The notes: generated by a model not told the origin, from the sequence alone. A stretch of DNA of 32,000 bases from Crocosphaera subtropica ATCC 51142 (GCF_000017845.1 NC_010546.1:3300001-3332000); one strand, 5' to 3'; counted from the stretch's first letter, positions 1-9,906 are shown. Program-made: numbers and translations.

Positions 1-255
1 TTATTTACCACTTTAGTGAGATTTGATCCGGTTTATGTGGGACATTTTAAATGTAATAAAAAGCGTATTGCTGACTATCCTAATTTATGGGGATATGTCA
101 GAGAATTATATCAATTCCCCAAAGTAGCAGAAACGGTTAATTTTAAGCATATTAAAGGACATTATTATCAGAGTCATAAAACCATTAATCCCACAGGGGT
201 TGTTCCTGTGGGACCCGATATTGATTTTAACTATCCTCATGGAAGGGCAGTTTAA
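1..255 (+). CDS. Xi-class glutathione S-transferase / glutathionyl-hydroquinone reductase (YqjG/ECM4-like), C-terminal fragment; 5' end lies outside the window
   Basis: The frame is open from nt 1 (LFTTLVRFDPVYVGHFKCNKKRIADYPNLWGYVRELYQ...IKGHYYQSHKTINPTGVVPVGP). The GTG at 16 in the ORF track is internal. The motif pattern is recalled from the C-terminal domain of YqjG-type GSTs. Confidence 0.7.
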   Translation, partial: LFTTLVRFDPVYVGHFKCNKKRIADYPNLWGYVRELYQFPKVAETVNFKHIKGHYYQSHKTINPTGVVPVGPDIDFNYPHGRAV

Positions 256-412
256 TACCAAATCCGCTTATCATCGTAGAGTAATCTTCTTTCTCCCTCT
301 GCCTTCTCAAGATGATTATTTACTGTCTAAAGCGGATCTAGCATAACTCATATCTTGCACCTTAGTCATCAGCTATATTTCTATAATACTGAACGCTAAA
401 TAACGTTTGATT

Positions 413-1330
413 TTAATGCCATTGCTTTAATAAATATTGATGAAACTCATGGGTATCAACTTCACTCATGGCTAAAATTTTTCGTCCTTGTTCCACTACT
501 TTAATTCTTCCTTGAGAACGTCCTGTTGTTATTACTTTTGTTTCCCATTCTTGGAGAGAAAATAAATCAGGACGATGTAGATAAGATGTGGCTAAAACAT
601 CCCAACAATAATAGTCTTGGGGTATGGCTAAAGCATAGCAAAGTCCGGCTAAATCTGAGAGTTGATAATGTCTTTGTTTCGCTAATTTTCGTATGAACTC
701 AGGGGTTACAGGAACTTGATTAGTAATATCTAAAGAACAAACAATCAGAGGAATATTTGTTTGCCAAACCCTCTCAACGGCGATCGCATCCCAATAAGCA
801 TTCCATTCTGCGCTACCATCATGTTCAGGGGCAAATTCTTTCTCAACGTTCCCTGGAACATTTAATGCGCCGCCCATCCAGACAATTTCTTTAATTTTTT
901 CTTCAATGGAAGGATCGATGGCTAAAGCTGCAGCAACAGTCGTTAACGGTCCTGTTACCATTAAGGTAACAGGTTGAGAAACCCTCTGCAATGTTTCCAC
1001 CATAAACTGTTGTCCTGTTTGGGAAACTAAAGGGGTTTTGATAGTGTCTTCTTGATTAAGAATAGGAAAATTATCCATAATCAAAGAATCACGACGATAT
1101 AAGGCTGGAAAGGGATGGATGCCTCTTACGGTACTTTCTGCAACTGGAATATGATGACATCCCATCAAATCAAGTAGTTTTCGAGTTACATTCAAGGCTG
1201 CGTTAATATAACAATCAGCAGGGGTGACAATAATGCCTAAAACCTCAACATCGGGCATTGTCATCAATAAAAGAGTAGCTAAAATATCATCGATTGCCCC
1301 ATCGTGATCTAATAAAACTAATTTAGACAT
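413..1330 (-). CDS. inosine/uridine-preferring nucleoside hydrolase family protein
   Basis: 305-aa ORF with an ATG start. N-terminal LLDHDGAIDDILA matches the IUNH aspartate cluster (DxDxxxDD). Length is typical for the family. Confidence 0.85.
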   Translation of the reverse strand: MSKLVLLDHDGAIDDILATLLLMTMPDVEVLGIIVTPADCYINAALNVTRKLLDLMGCHHIPVAESTVRGIHPFPALYRRDSLIMDNFPILNQEDTIKTPLVSQTGQQFMVETLQRVSQPVTLMVTGPLTTVAAALAIDPSIEEKIKEIVWMGGALNVPGNVEKEFAPEHDGSAEWNAYWDAIAVERVWQTNIPLIVCSLDITNQVPVTPEFIRKLAKQRHYQLSDLAGLCYALAIPQDYYCWDVLATSYLHRPDLFSLQEWETKVITTGRSQGRIKVVEQGRKILAMSEVDTHEFHQYLLKQWH

Positions 1331-1354
1331 GATTCGGTTGAATTCATTAATTAG

Positions 1355-1385
1355 AAAAGCGGGTTAGATTTAGATTCCCGCTTTT
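1355..1385 (-). terminator. rho-independent terminator candidate downstream of the DUF2949-like gene
   Basis: AAAAGCGGG (1355-1363) pairs with CCCGCTTTT (1377-1385), giving a 9-bp stem and 13-nt loop. Read on the minus strand, the stem is followed by TTTTCT. It lies 77 nt past the stop at 1462. Confidence 0.5.
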
Positions 1386-1461
1386 ACTAAAGAGTATTGT
1401 AGATAATTGGTTCGGACTATGAATAGTGAATTTGATGAATAACATAGTGAGGTAAAGTAAA

Positions 1462-1659
1462 TTACACTGATGTTTTTTCTAGCCAATCGTAAATTTTATC
1501 CAACTCGTTTAAATCAATTAGACCATATTGCCATAAAAGCATGGGTAACGGACCTCGGGTTTGTTCCATAGACCGTTGGGCAATGGCAATGGAATCATGA
1601 GATAAAGAAAGTTCTTCGTGTAAAAAACGTAAAAACTGTTTATATGTAGTGTGTGACAT
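1462..1659 (-). CDS. small conserved cyanobacterial protein (DUF2949-like)
   Basis: The ORF track starts at GTG 1686 (74 aa). The ATG at 1659, preceded by AAGG, gives 65 aa and looks more plausible. The GPLPMLLWQYGLIDL core is recalled from the DUF2949 family and needs an HMM check. Confidence 0.55.
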   Translation of the reverse strand: MSHTTYKQFLRFLHEELSLSHDSIAIAQRSMEQTRGPLPMLLWQYGLIDLNELDKIYDWLEKTSV

Positions 1660-2064
1660 AGTTATTTTACCTTGTGAATTCGTCACTGATCACGATCTTG
1701 ATTTCGTCTTAATTAAGGGATTATTTAATTAATTTGGGTAGACGAAAGTCTCCCTTAGAAAAGTAATCTTTTAATCTCCAGGTTTCTAGGAGATGTTTAT
1801 CTCTCTACCCTGTATTTCTTTCTAAGGGGTTTAAGTCATCAGAATAACAACTATTTGACCGAAATCATCCAGTTCTTTTCCTTTTTTTTCTTCACACCAC
1901 TCATCATGACACTGATTGATCTCCGTCAATCAAGTATAGAACTTTCTAGCTTTTGCTATAGAAGTTAGTTCTTCCTTCTATACTATGGGTAGATCGTATT
2001 ATAAATAATTTAGAAAATCTATAGATATTGGCCCAAGGATAAGTTTATAAAACTTATTGTTTTC

Positions 2065-2577
2065 TTAAGAATTGGAGGATGTATTTTCTATAAACTCAAT
2101 TTCTAGTTGATCTCCTGGTTCAATCCCTAATTCTTCAGCCCGTCCTCCTGGTAGTTCAATCACTTGGTTAATTAAGTTTTCTGGTCCGTAAGTAGGGCAG
2201 GGATCAACGCTACAAGGAGGAACATTAGGGAAAACGGCTTTAACTCTGCCATCGACTAAAAAAATCATATCTAAAGAAATATTAACATTTTTCATCCAAA
2301 ATTTAACAGGTCGTAGCTGTTCAAATAAAAAAATCATCCCCCTATTTTTATCTAAAGATTGACGATACATTAAGCCGATTTGCTGTTGTTGAGGGGTTTT
2401 TGCCACTTCTAATTCTATGAGGCTATCTTTGATGGTCACGATGGCTTCAATGGGAAGTTTTTGACCATTTTCTTGGATTTTTTGGCTTAAATCTTTACTA
2501 TATTTGGCTTGTGTTGAAGGAGAACACCCGATTAATAAAATACTAATTAAAACCACTGAACTAATTGTTTTTAACAT
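2065..2577 (-). CDS. DUF192 (COG1430) family lipoprotein
   Basis: Signal peptide with lipobox LLIGC (Cys18). The core GLMYR...GMIFLF...FWMKN...LDMIF is typical of DUF192. Confidence 0.7.
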   Translation of the reverse strand: MLKTISSVVLISILLIGCSPSTQAKYSKDLSQKIQENGQKLPIEAIVTIKDSLIELEVAKTPQQQQIGLMYRQSLDKNRGMIFLFEQLRPVKFWMKNVNISLDMIFLVDGRVKAVFPNVPPCSVDPCPTYGPENLINQVIELPGGRAEELGIEPGDQLEIEFIENTSSNS

Positions 2578-2644
2578 AATTTTTTTTAGATACTTAATAA
2601 GTTATTGACTAAATTTCGCCCCATCTCTCCGTTAACATTCAAGC

Positions 2645-3325
2645 TTACCCTTCTCGTAGAACATAACCTACGCCTCGAACTGTATGAATTAACCGTTTAT
2701 GATCTTCATTTTCTATTTTGATGCGTAAGTAACGGATATAAACCTCAATGACATTAGATTCTCCTTGAAATTCTTCTCCCCAAACATTGTCTAAAATCTT
2801 CTCTCGACTCAAAACTTCTTGGGGATGGGACATGAGGTATTTAAGCAACTCAAATTCTTTCATTGTTAAAGCAATTGGGTTATTGTTAACAAACAGTTTT
2901 CGAGTGGTCAAGTCTAGAACAACATCACTATATTGCAGTTGTTCTTTCACAATTTGTGGGGGCGTTAAATAAAAACTAACTAATTTTAATAAAGCGGGAC
3001 TATAATCAGTTTTTAAGAGATAATCATCAGCACCGGCTTCTAGACAAGCAACCCTTTCTTCGACGGTTTCTGTATTAATCATCATAATTAAAATCAGAGA
3101 CTTATCCAGTTTTCTCAACTGAGTGCAGAGGGCAAAACCGGCGTTATCATGAGGATGACGATTAATAACCACCATCGCAGGTTGATGAATGTTTACGTTT
3201 TCGAGGGTTTGACGGATATTATTGATGATAATGGGTGTATAACCTGCTTCTCTTAACTCAGGACAAACACGCTGGGTAAAAGCTTCATCAAGTTCTACTA
3301 AAAAAATACAGGGGTTTAAGCTCAT
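2645..3325 (-). CDS. OmpR/PhoB-family response regulator with degenerate (pseudo-)receiver domain
   Basis: The C-terminal winged-helix region (LTMKEFELLKYLMSHPQEVLSREKILDNVWG...VIEVYIRYLRIKIE...IHTVRGVGYVL) is canonical. In the receiver domain, the acidic pair reads ELDE and the phospho-acceptor position is Asn55 (MVVINR; codon at nt 3161-3163). The conserved Lys is retained (DDYLLK). Confidence 0.85.
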   Translation of the reverse strand: MSLNPCIFLVELDEAFTQRVCPELREAGYTPIIINNIRQTLENVNIHQPAMVVINRHPHDNAGFALCTQLRKLDKSLILIMMINTETVEERVACLEAGADDYLLKTDYSPALLKLVSFYLTPPQIVKEQLQYSDVVLDLTTRKLFVNNNPIALTMKEFELLKYLMSHPQEVLSREKILDNVWGEEFQGESNVIEVYIRYLRIKIENEDHKRLIHTVRGVGYVLREG

Positions 3326-3326
3326 T

Positions 3327-4496
3327 TTACTCAGGGAAAATTTCGGTTACCACACGTTCTTGGCGATCGCTATTGGTGACAACAATATTATTATCAACTA
3401 ACGTGCCGACAGCTTTTTCTCCCGTCAAATTAAATTTAGGGTTTTGATTTTGTTCATAGATGACATTTCCATCAGCTTCAATGGTTTGGGCTAGGATATT
3501 CCAAGTTAAATTATTGGAGTATAATTTACTATCATTGGTTTGATTTATGCCCTTAACCCCTCCTTTGAGATAAGCCATATTTTCTGCTAAGTTCACATGA
3601 GCTTGATTTCCGGTGACAGTAATATTTTGTGCGTATTGAATCAATTGAACCGGTTGACTCGAATAAACTTGACGGGTTTGATAATGCCAAATAATCTCAT
3701 TGGTGGCAATTTGTAACGGGGGTTTAATGGATTTATATTCAATATTTTCTTTGACGATCACTTGTTTTTTATCTAGCAGAACCCTAGCTCGGTTGGCGAC
3801 TAAGCGATCGGTGATAGTTTTATCTTGGAATTTGATCATGGTTAAGAGGCGATCGCCAATGATGGTTTGTTTAGGAACTTCCCAGATTAAATGTTCTGTC
3901 TTTAACTGTAACTGTTTTTTTTCGGCGGTGGCTTCAATTTTGCCAGTTAATTCTAGTTTTTCTTCACGGGTGTTATATTTGCCTTCTTCGGCAGAAGCTT
4001 CGAGTTGAGGATGGGAACCTCGTACATTTTTGCGAATCGTTAACACTGATGCTTTAGGTTGCCATTCTACTTCTTCACTGCGAAGAACCGCCTCATTACG
4101 AGGATCAACCGCTACCACATTGTCTCTGAGAAAAATTTCAGCCCCGTCTCGGTTAATTACACCATAATCAGATTTAACTCGTAATACGATTTCCCCATCT
4201 TGCCAAATATTGCCTTTAACTGCTTTTAAATCAGCTTTTTTGCGATCTGGGCTATATTTTGCCTCATCAACCTGTATTTTCCAGAGAATTTCTCCTTCAG
4301 CATTCGATTGTTCTAAGGTGGCATTTTGTAGTGTTAAATTGGTTTCCTCTCTGGTTTCTCCCGAAGTTTCTAGGTTTTCGGAACTTTGTTTATCTGACTG
4401 ACAAGCAACTAAGGTCAATAGTAGCAGCAACATCACTCCTTGAACCCATTTTAGGGGTAAATAATGCTCTTGTTTTAATTTATGCTGTTGGTTCAT
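3327..4496 (-). CDS. LptC/OstA-like periplasmic lipoprotein (long cyanobacterial LptC-type)
   Basis: Lipobox LTLVAC (Cys32). It contains repeated beta-rich segments of the LptC/OstA type (e.g. LTLQNATLEQSNAEGEILWKIQVDEAKYSPDRKKADLKAVKGNIW). The stop lies 1 nt from the start of the response regulator gene. The family call is from memory only. Confidence 0.5.
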   Translation of the reverse strand: MNQQHKLKQEHYLPLKWVQGVMLLLLLTLVACQSDKQSSENLETSGETREETNLTLQNATLEQSNAEGEILWKIQVDEAKYSPDRKKADLKAVKGNIWQDGEIVLRVKSDYGVINRDGAEIFLRDNVVAVDPRNEAVLRSEEVEWQPKASVLTIRKNVRGSHPQLEASAEEGKYNTREEKLELTGKIEATAEKKQLQLKTEHLIWEVPKQTIIGDRLLTMIKFQDKTITDRLVANRARVLLDKKQVIVKENIEYKSIKPPLQIATNEIIWHYQTRQVYSSQPVQLIQYAQNITVTGNQAHVNLAENMAYLKGGVKGINQTNDSKLYSNNLTWNILAQTIEADGNVIYEQNQNPKFNLTGEKAVGTLVDNNIVVTNSDRQERVVTEIFPE

Positions 4497-4617
4497 TCCC
4501 TTTCAATGATAGTTTGATGTTTCTTAGGCTAATGGGGATAATTGTAACGCTTCCTTATGACTCATGACTACTAATTCCTGCTCTCTCAAACATGATCATC
4601 AACCTGTTTTCTAAGTC

Positions 4618-6045
4618 TTATTTACTCCATTTTCTGCGCCAAAAGAGTAAGGTTTCTAAACAGTTATTTAATAAGTTATTTTCTCTATTTTTTTGCTCTT
4701 GCCATTGTTTAGCAATTTGAAATAATATTTCTGCTGTTGTTCCCTGGGGAGGAAAGACTTTAGAAATATGATGAATTTTGATTTTATTTTTAATAGCTAA
4801 AGCAATAATATTAATAATCTCATCACTATCATTGCCGATAATCTGACACCCTAAAATCAATCCATTACGACGAGTAATCAACTTACAAAATCCAGTTGTT
4901 TCGTCCAAAATCCTAGCTTTCACTAAAGTTTTATAGTTTTGTTTGATAATAATTAAATCATTTTCATATTTTTCTTTAGCTTGAGTTTCTGTTAATCCTA
5001 CTTTTGAGAAAATAGGATTAATTAAAATCCGAACAGGATGATGATCATAATTAACTTTTAAAAAAGGATAAAAAATAGTATTCTTAACGGCAATACTCAC
5101 TTCGTATTTAGCTAGATTAGATAAATTGTATGTTCCTATTCTATTACCACAGGCATAAATTTTAGGGTTGGTGGTTTGTAATTTATGGTTAGTTTTTATT
5201 TTATTGTTTTCTATCTCTACTTTGACTCCTTCTAAATTTAATTCTTTTGTATTGAGTCTTCTTTGATTAATCATAATAATTTCATCGGTTTCTATAGCTT
5301 CATTTCCTGCTTGAATCCATTTTTTACCTTCTATCCTTCTAACTTGAGTAATTGGAGAATTAATGAATAAATTGATTCCTTCTGCTTCTAATATGGCTTG
5401 AATTAGTTGAACAATGTCTTTATCTTCTTGGGGCAAAATATTAGAAGTCTCAACGATCAGAGTAATTTCTTTGCCTAAACGGTTTAATTGTTGTGCGAGT
5501 TCAATTCCTAGGGAGGTTTGAGATACAATCACGATTTGTTGAGGTAGTTTATCTACATCCAATGTTTCAGGAATGATATAGCCCACTGCTGCTACTCCTG
5601 GAATTTTTGGAATAATAGCAATAGAATTCATCGCTAATAAATAACGACGAGATCGTAAGGTTCTATTTTTCAGAACAAAACCCAACTTAGGAAGACGGCA
5701 GAATTCTCCGGGTTCGGCAATAATATCTACTCCTAAATTGGCTAGTTTTTCAAGATAATTTAACTCTTTTATCCCTTGTTTGACTTCATTTTTCCACTGT
5801 TCAGCTTGATAGTAATTTAAGGGAGAAACTGAATTTAACTCTAAGTTCCATTGGTTTAAATTATGCCAATGGCGATGAAGATAAGTCAAATAATTAAAGA
5901 TCAGACTATCCGTTTCGAGACAATGATAATCAGTGCTTTCTCCCAAAACTAAAGCAACTCTGGCATTAAATTTGATGGCTTCTGAAGCAGCAAAAAAAGC
6001 TTCTGGCGTATTACCAATAATAACGAGATCATAATCTAAACTCAT
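4618..6045 (-). CDS. pyridine nucleotide-disulfide oxidoreductase family protein with degenerate cofactor and active-site motifs
   Basis: 475 aa with class-I flavoprotein disulfide reductase architecture (YDLVIIG... / ...IYACGN... / C-terminal dimerisation domain). The GxGxxG motif is GNTPEA and the NAD motif is SQTSLG. I see no CxxxxC and no C-terminal HPT.SE box. Confidence 0.7.
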   Translation of the reverse strand: MSLDYDLVIIGNTPEAFFAASEAIKFNARVALVLGESTDYHCLETDSLIFNYLTYLHRHWHNLNQWNLELNSVSPLNYYQAEQWKNEVKQGIKELNYLEKLANLGVDIIAEPGEFCRLPKLGFVLKNRTLRSRRYLLAMNSIAIIPKIPGVAAVGYIIPETLDVDKLPQQIVIVSQTSLGIELAQQLNRLGKEITLIVETSNILPQEDKDIVQLIQAILEAEGINLFINSPITQVRRIEGKKWIQAGNEAIETDEIIMINQRRLNTKELNLEGVKVEIENNKIKTNHKLQTTNPKIYACGNRIGTYNLSNLAKYEVSIAVKNTIFYPFLKVNYDHHPVRILINPIFSKVGLTETQAKEKYENDLIIIKQNYKTLVKARILDETTGFCKLITRRNGLILGCQIIGNDSDEIINIIALAIKNKIKIHHISKVFPPQGTTAEILFQIAKQWQEQKNRENNLLNNCLETLLFWRRKWSK

Positions 6046-6091
6046 TGGTCAATCATTATAGAACTTTACAATATACAGTAATAATAAATTA

Positions 6092-7264
6092 TTAATTATT
6101 AATTGATAAAACCCATCCCATCAAGCCGCCTCCTAACACCACCCAGGCTGCATTTATTGTATACTTAAAAATGGCTACTCCTGCGACGATAATAATAAGT
6201 ATTGCCTCCCAATTAAAAAGAAAGCCATCTTTAGGAATTAAAAGGGTCTGATAGAGTAAATTAAATGTGACCCATCCCATGATTGCCACTGCGCTAACAT
6301 TAACCGCATCTAAAAAGGATGCAGTCCATTTTGACTGACGCAATTTTCCGATAATAGGATTAACGGCTAAAACAAAGACGAAAGACGGCAAAAATATGCC
6401 TAACGTCGCTATAATAGCCCCTGGTATCCCTAAAATCACATATCCAATAAAAGTTGCTGTTGAAAGAACTGGCCCGGGGGTAAACTGTCCAATAGCGATC
6501 GCATCTAGCAGTTGTTGTTGGGTCAACCAACCATATTGATTAACTAACTCCCCTTCTAAAAAGGCAATTAATACATAACCGCTACCAAATAAAACAGTGC
6601 CAATTTTCAAGAAAAATAGTCCTAACTGCCATAAAGAGGGGTTAAGACTCTCTTGATTAGCTGCTTGGTCAATATTACTACTAACAAGAAAGGCAACGAG
6701 AGGGATAGTCATGGTGTTACTTTCTGTTAAAGTTAACCAAAACATTCCTAACAGTCCCCCTAACAGTAGGGAAACCACTTCATTGAGTCCTAGCAAAAGC
6801 AAAATTGCTACTAATAAAATAATTAACCAGAATTTGCGCTTTTTAATTGCTTTTTTTGCCAATCGATATAATGCGCCAAAAATAACTACAATGACAGCCG
6901 GTTTAATGCCAGACAATAAAGGGGCAATCTGGGGTAAAGAACCGAATTGCGTGTAAATAATGGCTAAAATAGCAGTGATAGTAACGGCAGGGAAGATGAA
7001 GCTTATTCCTGCTACGATAAGTCCCCAGACCCCCCCATAAACATAACCCACATGAATCGCCATTTCCGTTGAATTAGGCCCAGGAATTAAATTAGTCGCC
7101 CCCAAAAGATCGAGAAACTGCGATCGCTGTAGCCATTGACGATCCCTAACCACTTCCGCTTCCATCATGGCAATATGGGCAGCCGGTCCTCCAAAACCGA
7201 TCACTCCCAGTTTGAGAAAGACAGATGCCAAAGATACTAAACGCTGCTTTAAATCCCCTGTCAT
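6092..7264 (-). CDS. chrA: chromate ion transporter (CHR family)
   Basis: 390 aa and polytopic. Both halves show duplicated CHR motifs (GFGGPAAHIAMMEAEVV... and GSGYVLIAFLEGELV...GQFTPGP). Confidence 0.85.
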   Translation of the reverse strand: MTGDLKQRLVSLASVFLKLGVIGFGGPAAHIAMMEAEVVRDRQWLQRSQFLDLLGATNLIPGPNSTEMAIHVGYVYGGVWGLIVAGISFIFPAVTITAILAIIYTQFGSLPQIAPLLSGIKPAVIVVIFGALYRLAKKAIKKRKFWLIILLVAILLLLGLNEVVSLLLGGLLGMFWLTLTESNTMTIPLVAFLVSSNIDQAANQESLNPSLWQLGLFFLKIGTVLFGSGYVLIAFLEGELVNQYGWLTQQQLLDAIAIGQFTPGPVLSTATFIGYVILGIPGAIIATLGIFLPSFVFVLAVNPIIGKLRQSKWTASFLDAVNVSAVAIMGWVTFNLLYQTLLIPKDGFLFNWEAILIIIVAGVAIFKYTINAAWVVLGGGLMGWVLSINN

Positions 7265-7270
7265 TTTTCA

Positions 7271-9253
7271 CTAATAAGAAGGCTCATTAATTTTAGCCCA
7301 AACCCTTAACACTTCGCCCACACTCCAAGCTTGGGCAAAACACCCTCTAGGGATCATTGGGGCATCTCCGTCAAAAATCTCGCTAATACTGCCCACACAA
7401 CCATCATTGAGATGATTAGCCATCGGTTCAAGAAAACTATTAGCTAAGGTGCGATCGCCATAAACTCGCCAATGGGCTTCCACAAACGGTCCAATTAACC
7501 AAGCCCAGACGGTTCCTTGATGGTAACTTCCATCCCTCGACACTTGATCGCCTCCGTACCGTCCCCGATATTGGTGATGGGTGGTACATAGCGATCGCAG
7601 GCCATGGGAAGTAATTAACATTTTAGCCACCGTATCCACCACTGACTTTTGTTGTTCGGGTTTAAGTAAGGGTTGAGTGGTTTTATTTTGGGGTAAGGAA
7701 ACGGCAAAAATTTGATTGGGTCGCATGGACTTATCGTGGCCGTTGGGACTGTCTAAAACATCGTGACAGTATTTTAAGGAAGGATGCCAATACCGTTGAA
7801 ACCCTGCATGGGTATCACGGGCCATGGTTTTATATTCTCCTGTGGCTTGTCCTAGAATATCCCCAATTTCAATCATAATGGTCAAGGCATTGTACCAAAG
7901 GACATTAACTTCGATAGGTTTACCGTGACGAGGGGTTACCACCCAGTCTCCGACTTTGGCATCCATCCAGGTTAACTGAGTCCCTTCTTGACCGGCGTAG
8001 ATTAAATGATCGCTATCGAGATGGATATTGTAACGGGTTCCTTGACGGTAAGAGTCAATAACCTCTTGTAGAAGGGGATAAAGGTATTTTAATAAGGTAA
8101 TATCTTTGGTCAGACTATAATAGGTGCGAATAGCTTCAAAATACCAAAGAATGGCATCGACGGTGTTGTATTGGGGGGTTCGATCATCATCGGGGAACAC
8201 ATTGGGTAACATTCCCCCGTCTAGGTATTTAGAAAAGGTACTAAGAATATCGTGGGCAATATCGGGACGGTTTGTGGTCAAGGTTAACCCAGGTAAAGCA
8301 ATCATGGTATCCCGTCCCCAGTCTGCAAACCAAGGATAACCCGCAATAATAGTTTTGCCGTCGGGGTTATGGGTTGAGGGACGATCAACAATAAATTGAT
8401 CGGCCGCCAAGACTAATTGTTGTATCCAAGGAACCGAAAAATGAGAACAGCGTTTTAGTAACCCGTCTTCGTATTCGTAGCGTTCTTGTAACGCTTGTTT
8501 TCCATCTAAATAAGATTGGGGGTTGGTACTAGCGACGATGGTTAAGGAGTCTCCTGGCTGCAGGGTTTTGTTAAAGGTGGCTGCATTATAATGATCGTCT
8601 CGATCCCATAATCCCCGATACCGTTCCATGGCCAAATCGTAACCTAAATGCCAATGATAGTTTAAAGTTACTTCTGCCCCTTGCGCCCAAAGATAAAAGG
8701 GGGTTGCTTCGGGATAAGCACTAACACATAAGCCTTTTGGTACTTCTTCAACTAACATTTTCCACTGTCCTGACTGAGTGGTACCATGATGGTCACGGTA
8801 ATTTACCAGGGCTTTAATGGATAATTGTAGTGATTTACTGCCTCGTTTGAAGGTATAACGAGTATAGGTGGTATTTTCCCCTTGTTGCATCCAAATTCTT
8901 TTTTCAATCAGTGCATCTCCGCAAGCAAAAGTCCAGACAGGAATTGTCCCTTCTAACCGAAAACTTTCAATATTCAAATAGCCTTGGGGAGAGATAGTCC
9001 CATCAAACCAACGATTGGTAAAGCAAGAATAAGTTTGATAATCATATTGGATAGTTTCGTCGAGTTTTGACAGCAGTAAAGTTCGTTTCAGAGGAGGGTT
9101 CAAAGCAGCGATTAATAACCCATGATAACAACGGGTTATGACCCCTGAAATTGTGCCACAACCATAGCCCCCAATACCGTTAGTAATTAACCATTCCCTT
9201 GATTGGGCTGTGCTTAAATTACCGCAAATTTCCCGTCCATAGTTTAAGGTCAT
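7271..9253 (-). CDS. glycogen debranching enzyme family protein (GDE N-terminal domain + amylo-alpha-1,6-glucosidase domain)
   Basis: 660 aa. N-terminal REWLITNGIGGYG and the central IIAGYPWFADWGRDTMI are characteristic of bacterial/archaeal GDE proteins. Confidence 0.85.
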   Translation of the reverse strand: MTLNYGREICGNLSTAQSREWLITNGIGGYGCGTISGVITRCYHGLLIAALNPPLKRTLLLSKLDETIQYDYQTYSCFTNRWFDGTISPQGYLNIESFRLEGTIPVWTFACGDALIEKRIWMQQGENTTYTRYTFKRGSKSLQLSIKALVNYRDHHGTTQSGQWKMLVEEVPKGLCVSAYPEATPFYLWAQGAEVTLNYHWHLGYDLAMERYRGLWDRDDHYNAATFNKTLQPGDSLTIVASTNPQSYLDGKQALQERYEYEDGLLKRCSHFSVPWIQQLVLAADQFIVDRPSTHNPDGKTIIAGYPWFADWGRDTMIALPGLTLTTNRPDIAHDILSTFSKYLDGGMLPNVFPDDDRTPQYNTVDAILWYFEAIRTYYSLTKDITLLKYLYPLLQEVIDSYRQGTRYNIHLDSDHLIYAGQEGTQLTWMDAKVGDWVVTPRHGKPIEVNVLWYNALTIMIEIGDILGQATGEYKTMARDTHAGFQRYWHPSLKYCHDVLDSPNGHDKSMRPNQIFAVSLPQNKTTQPLLKPEQQKSVVDTVAKMLITSHGLRSLCTTHHQYRGRYGGDQVSRDGSYHQGTVWAWLIGPFVEAHWRVYGDRTLANSFLEPMANHLNDGCVGSISEIFDGDAPMIPRGCFAQAWSVGEVLRVWAKINEPSY

Positions 9254-9906
9254 GAATACTCAATGGGTTTAACTCTCCTGATTAGGAAAATTGTATAAAC
9301 TTTTTTGGTAAATGTTCTATTATTTAACTATGTTTTCTTATTGTGTAAATCGATCTCCTTAACCCAGTCACAAGTCAGAACTCAGAAGTTAAAAGTACCA
9401 TAGCGAAGTCCGATGACATTGCATAGAAGTTATTTTTATAACCAGGATTTAAGCCTCATTACAAAAAATATTCCCTTTGAAAGACAATGTTTTACTGCCA
9501 ATTATCCTGATCCCCATAACTTGAGGATAGTTGAATAAACCTTCAGTTTATGCTTCTTATATAGAAATACAACTATAGATTTTATAGAAGACGCAGAGGT
9601 TAAATCAATTGAGCTATTTTTAGTTTTTGAAATTAATCATCTTAAACCTAATCATTAATTGAAAATACATTGACTTGGATAGTTTAACCAAAATTAAAAA
9701 GTTTTCAATCCACAGTAATTATAATGATATATTGATAATAATAAAAAACGAAAAGCTTAGGCTAACGATTAATAGATTAATCAGACTCTGAAGGCAACAA
9801 GATTTTAAAATTTACAGTTGAGAAAAGGTAAAAAACATTCATTTAGCTTCTGATTTTGATATGCTATAAAAGAATCTATTAATCTTTCAGGATTTTTCTT
9901 ATCTCT

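Noticed and set aside
261-340. An 8-bp inverted repeat, ATCCGCTT...AAGCGGAT, spanning ~60 nt after the GST gene; also the GTATAGAA...TTCTATAC repeat at 1936-1984.
   Set aside because: The arms are short and the loops long and unstructured, in AT-rich intergenic DNA. These are compatible with chance, and no function can be argued from the sequence alone.
2787-2972. 61-aa plus-strand ORF inside the response regulator gene. The same situation applies to 3700-4008, 4210-4401 and 4259-4567 inside or overlapping the LptC-like gene.
   Set aside because: These lie antisense to long ORFs with clear family motifs. Their products are low-complexity and Ser/Leu/Cys-rich, with no start context. They are shadow ORFs typical of AT-rich DNA.
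6711-6956. 81-aa ORF antisense to chrA; also 8124-8339, antisense to the debranching enzyme gene.
   Set aside because: They are embedded in well-supported genes on the other strand and have no recognisable motifs.
9254-9906. A 650-bp AT-rich divergent intergenic region between the debranching enzyme and the M16 peptidase genes, examined for an ncRNA, small ORFs or repeats.
   Set aside because: I found no convincing hairpin, repeat, conserved RNA motif or ORF longer than about 17 codons. It probably just holds two divergent promoters. A transcriptome would be needed to say more.
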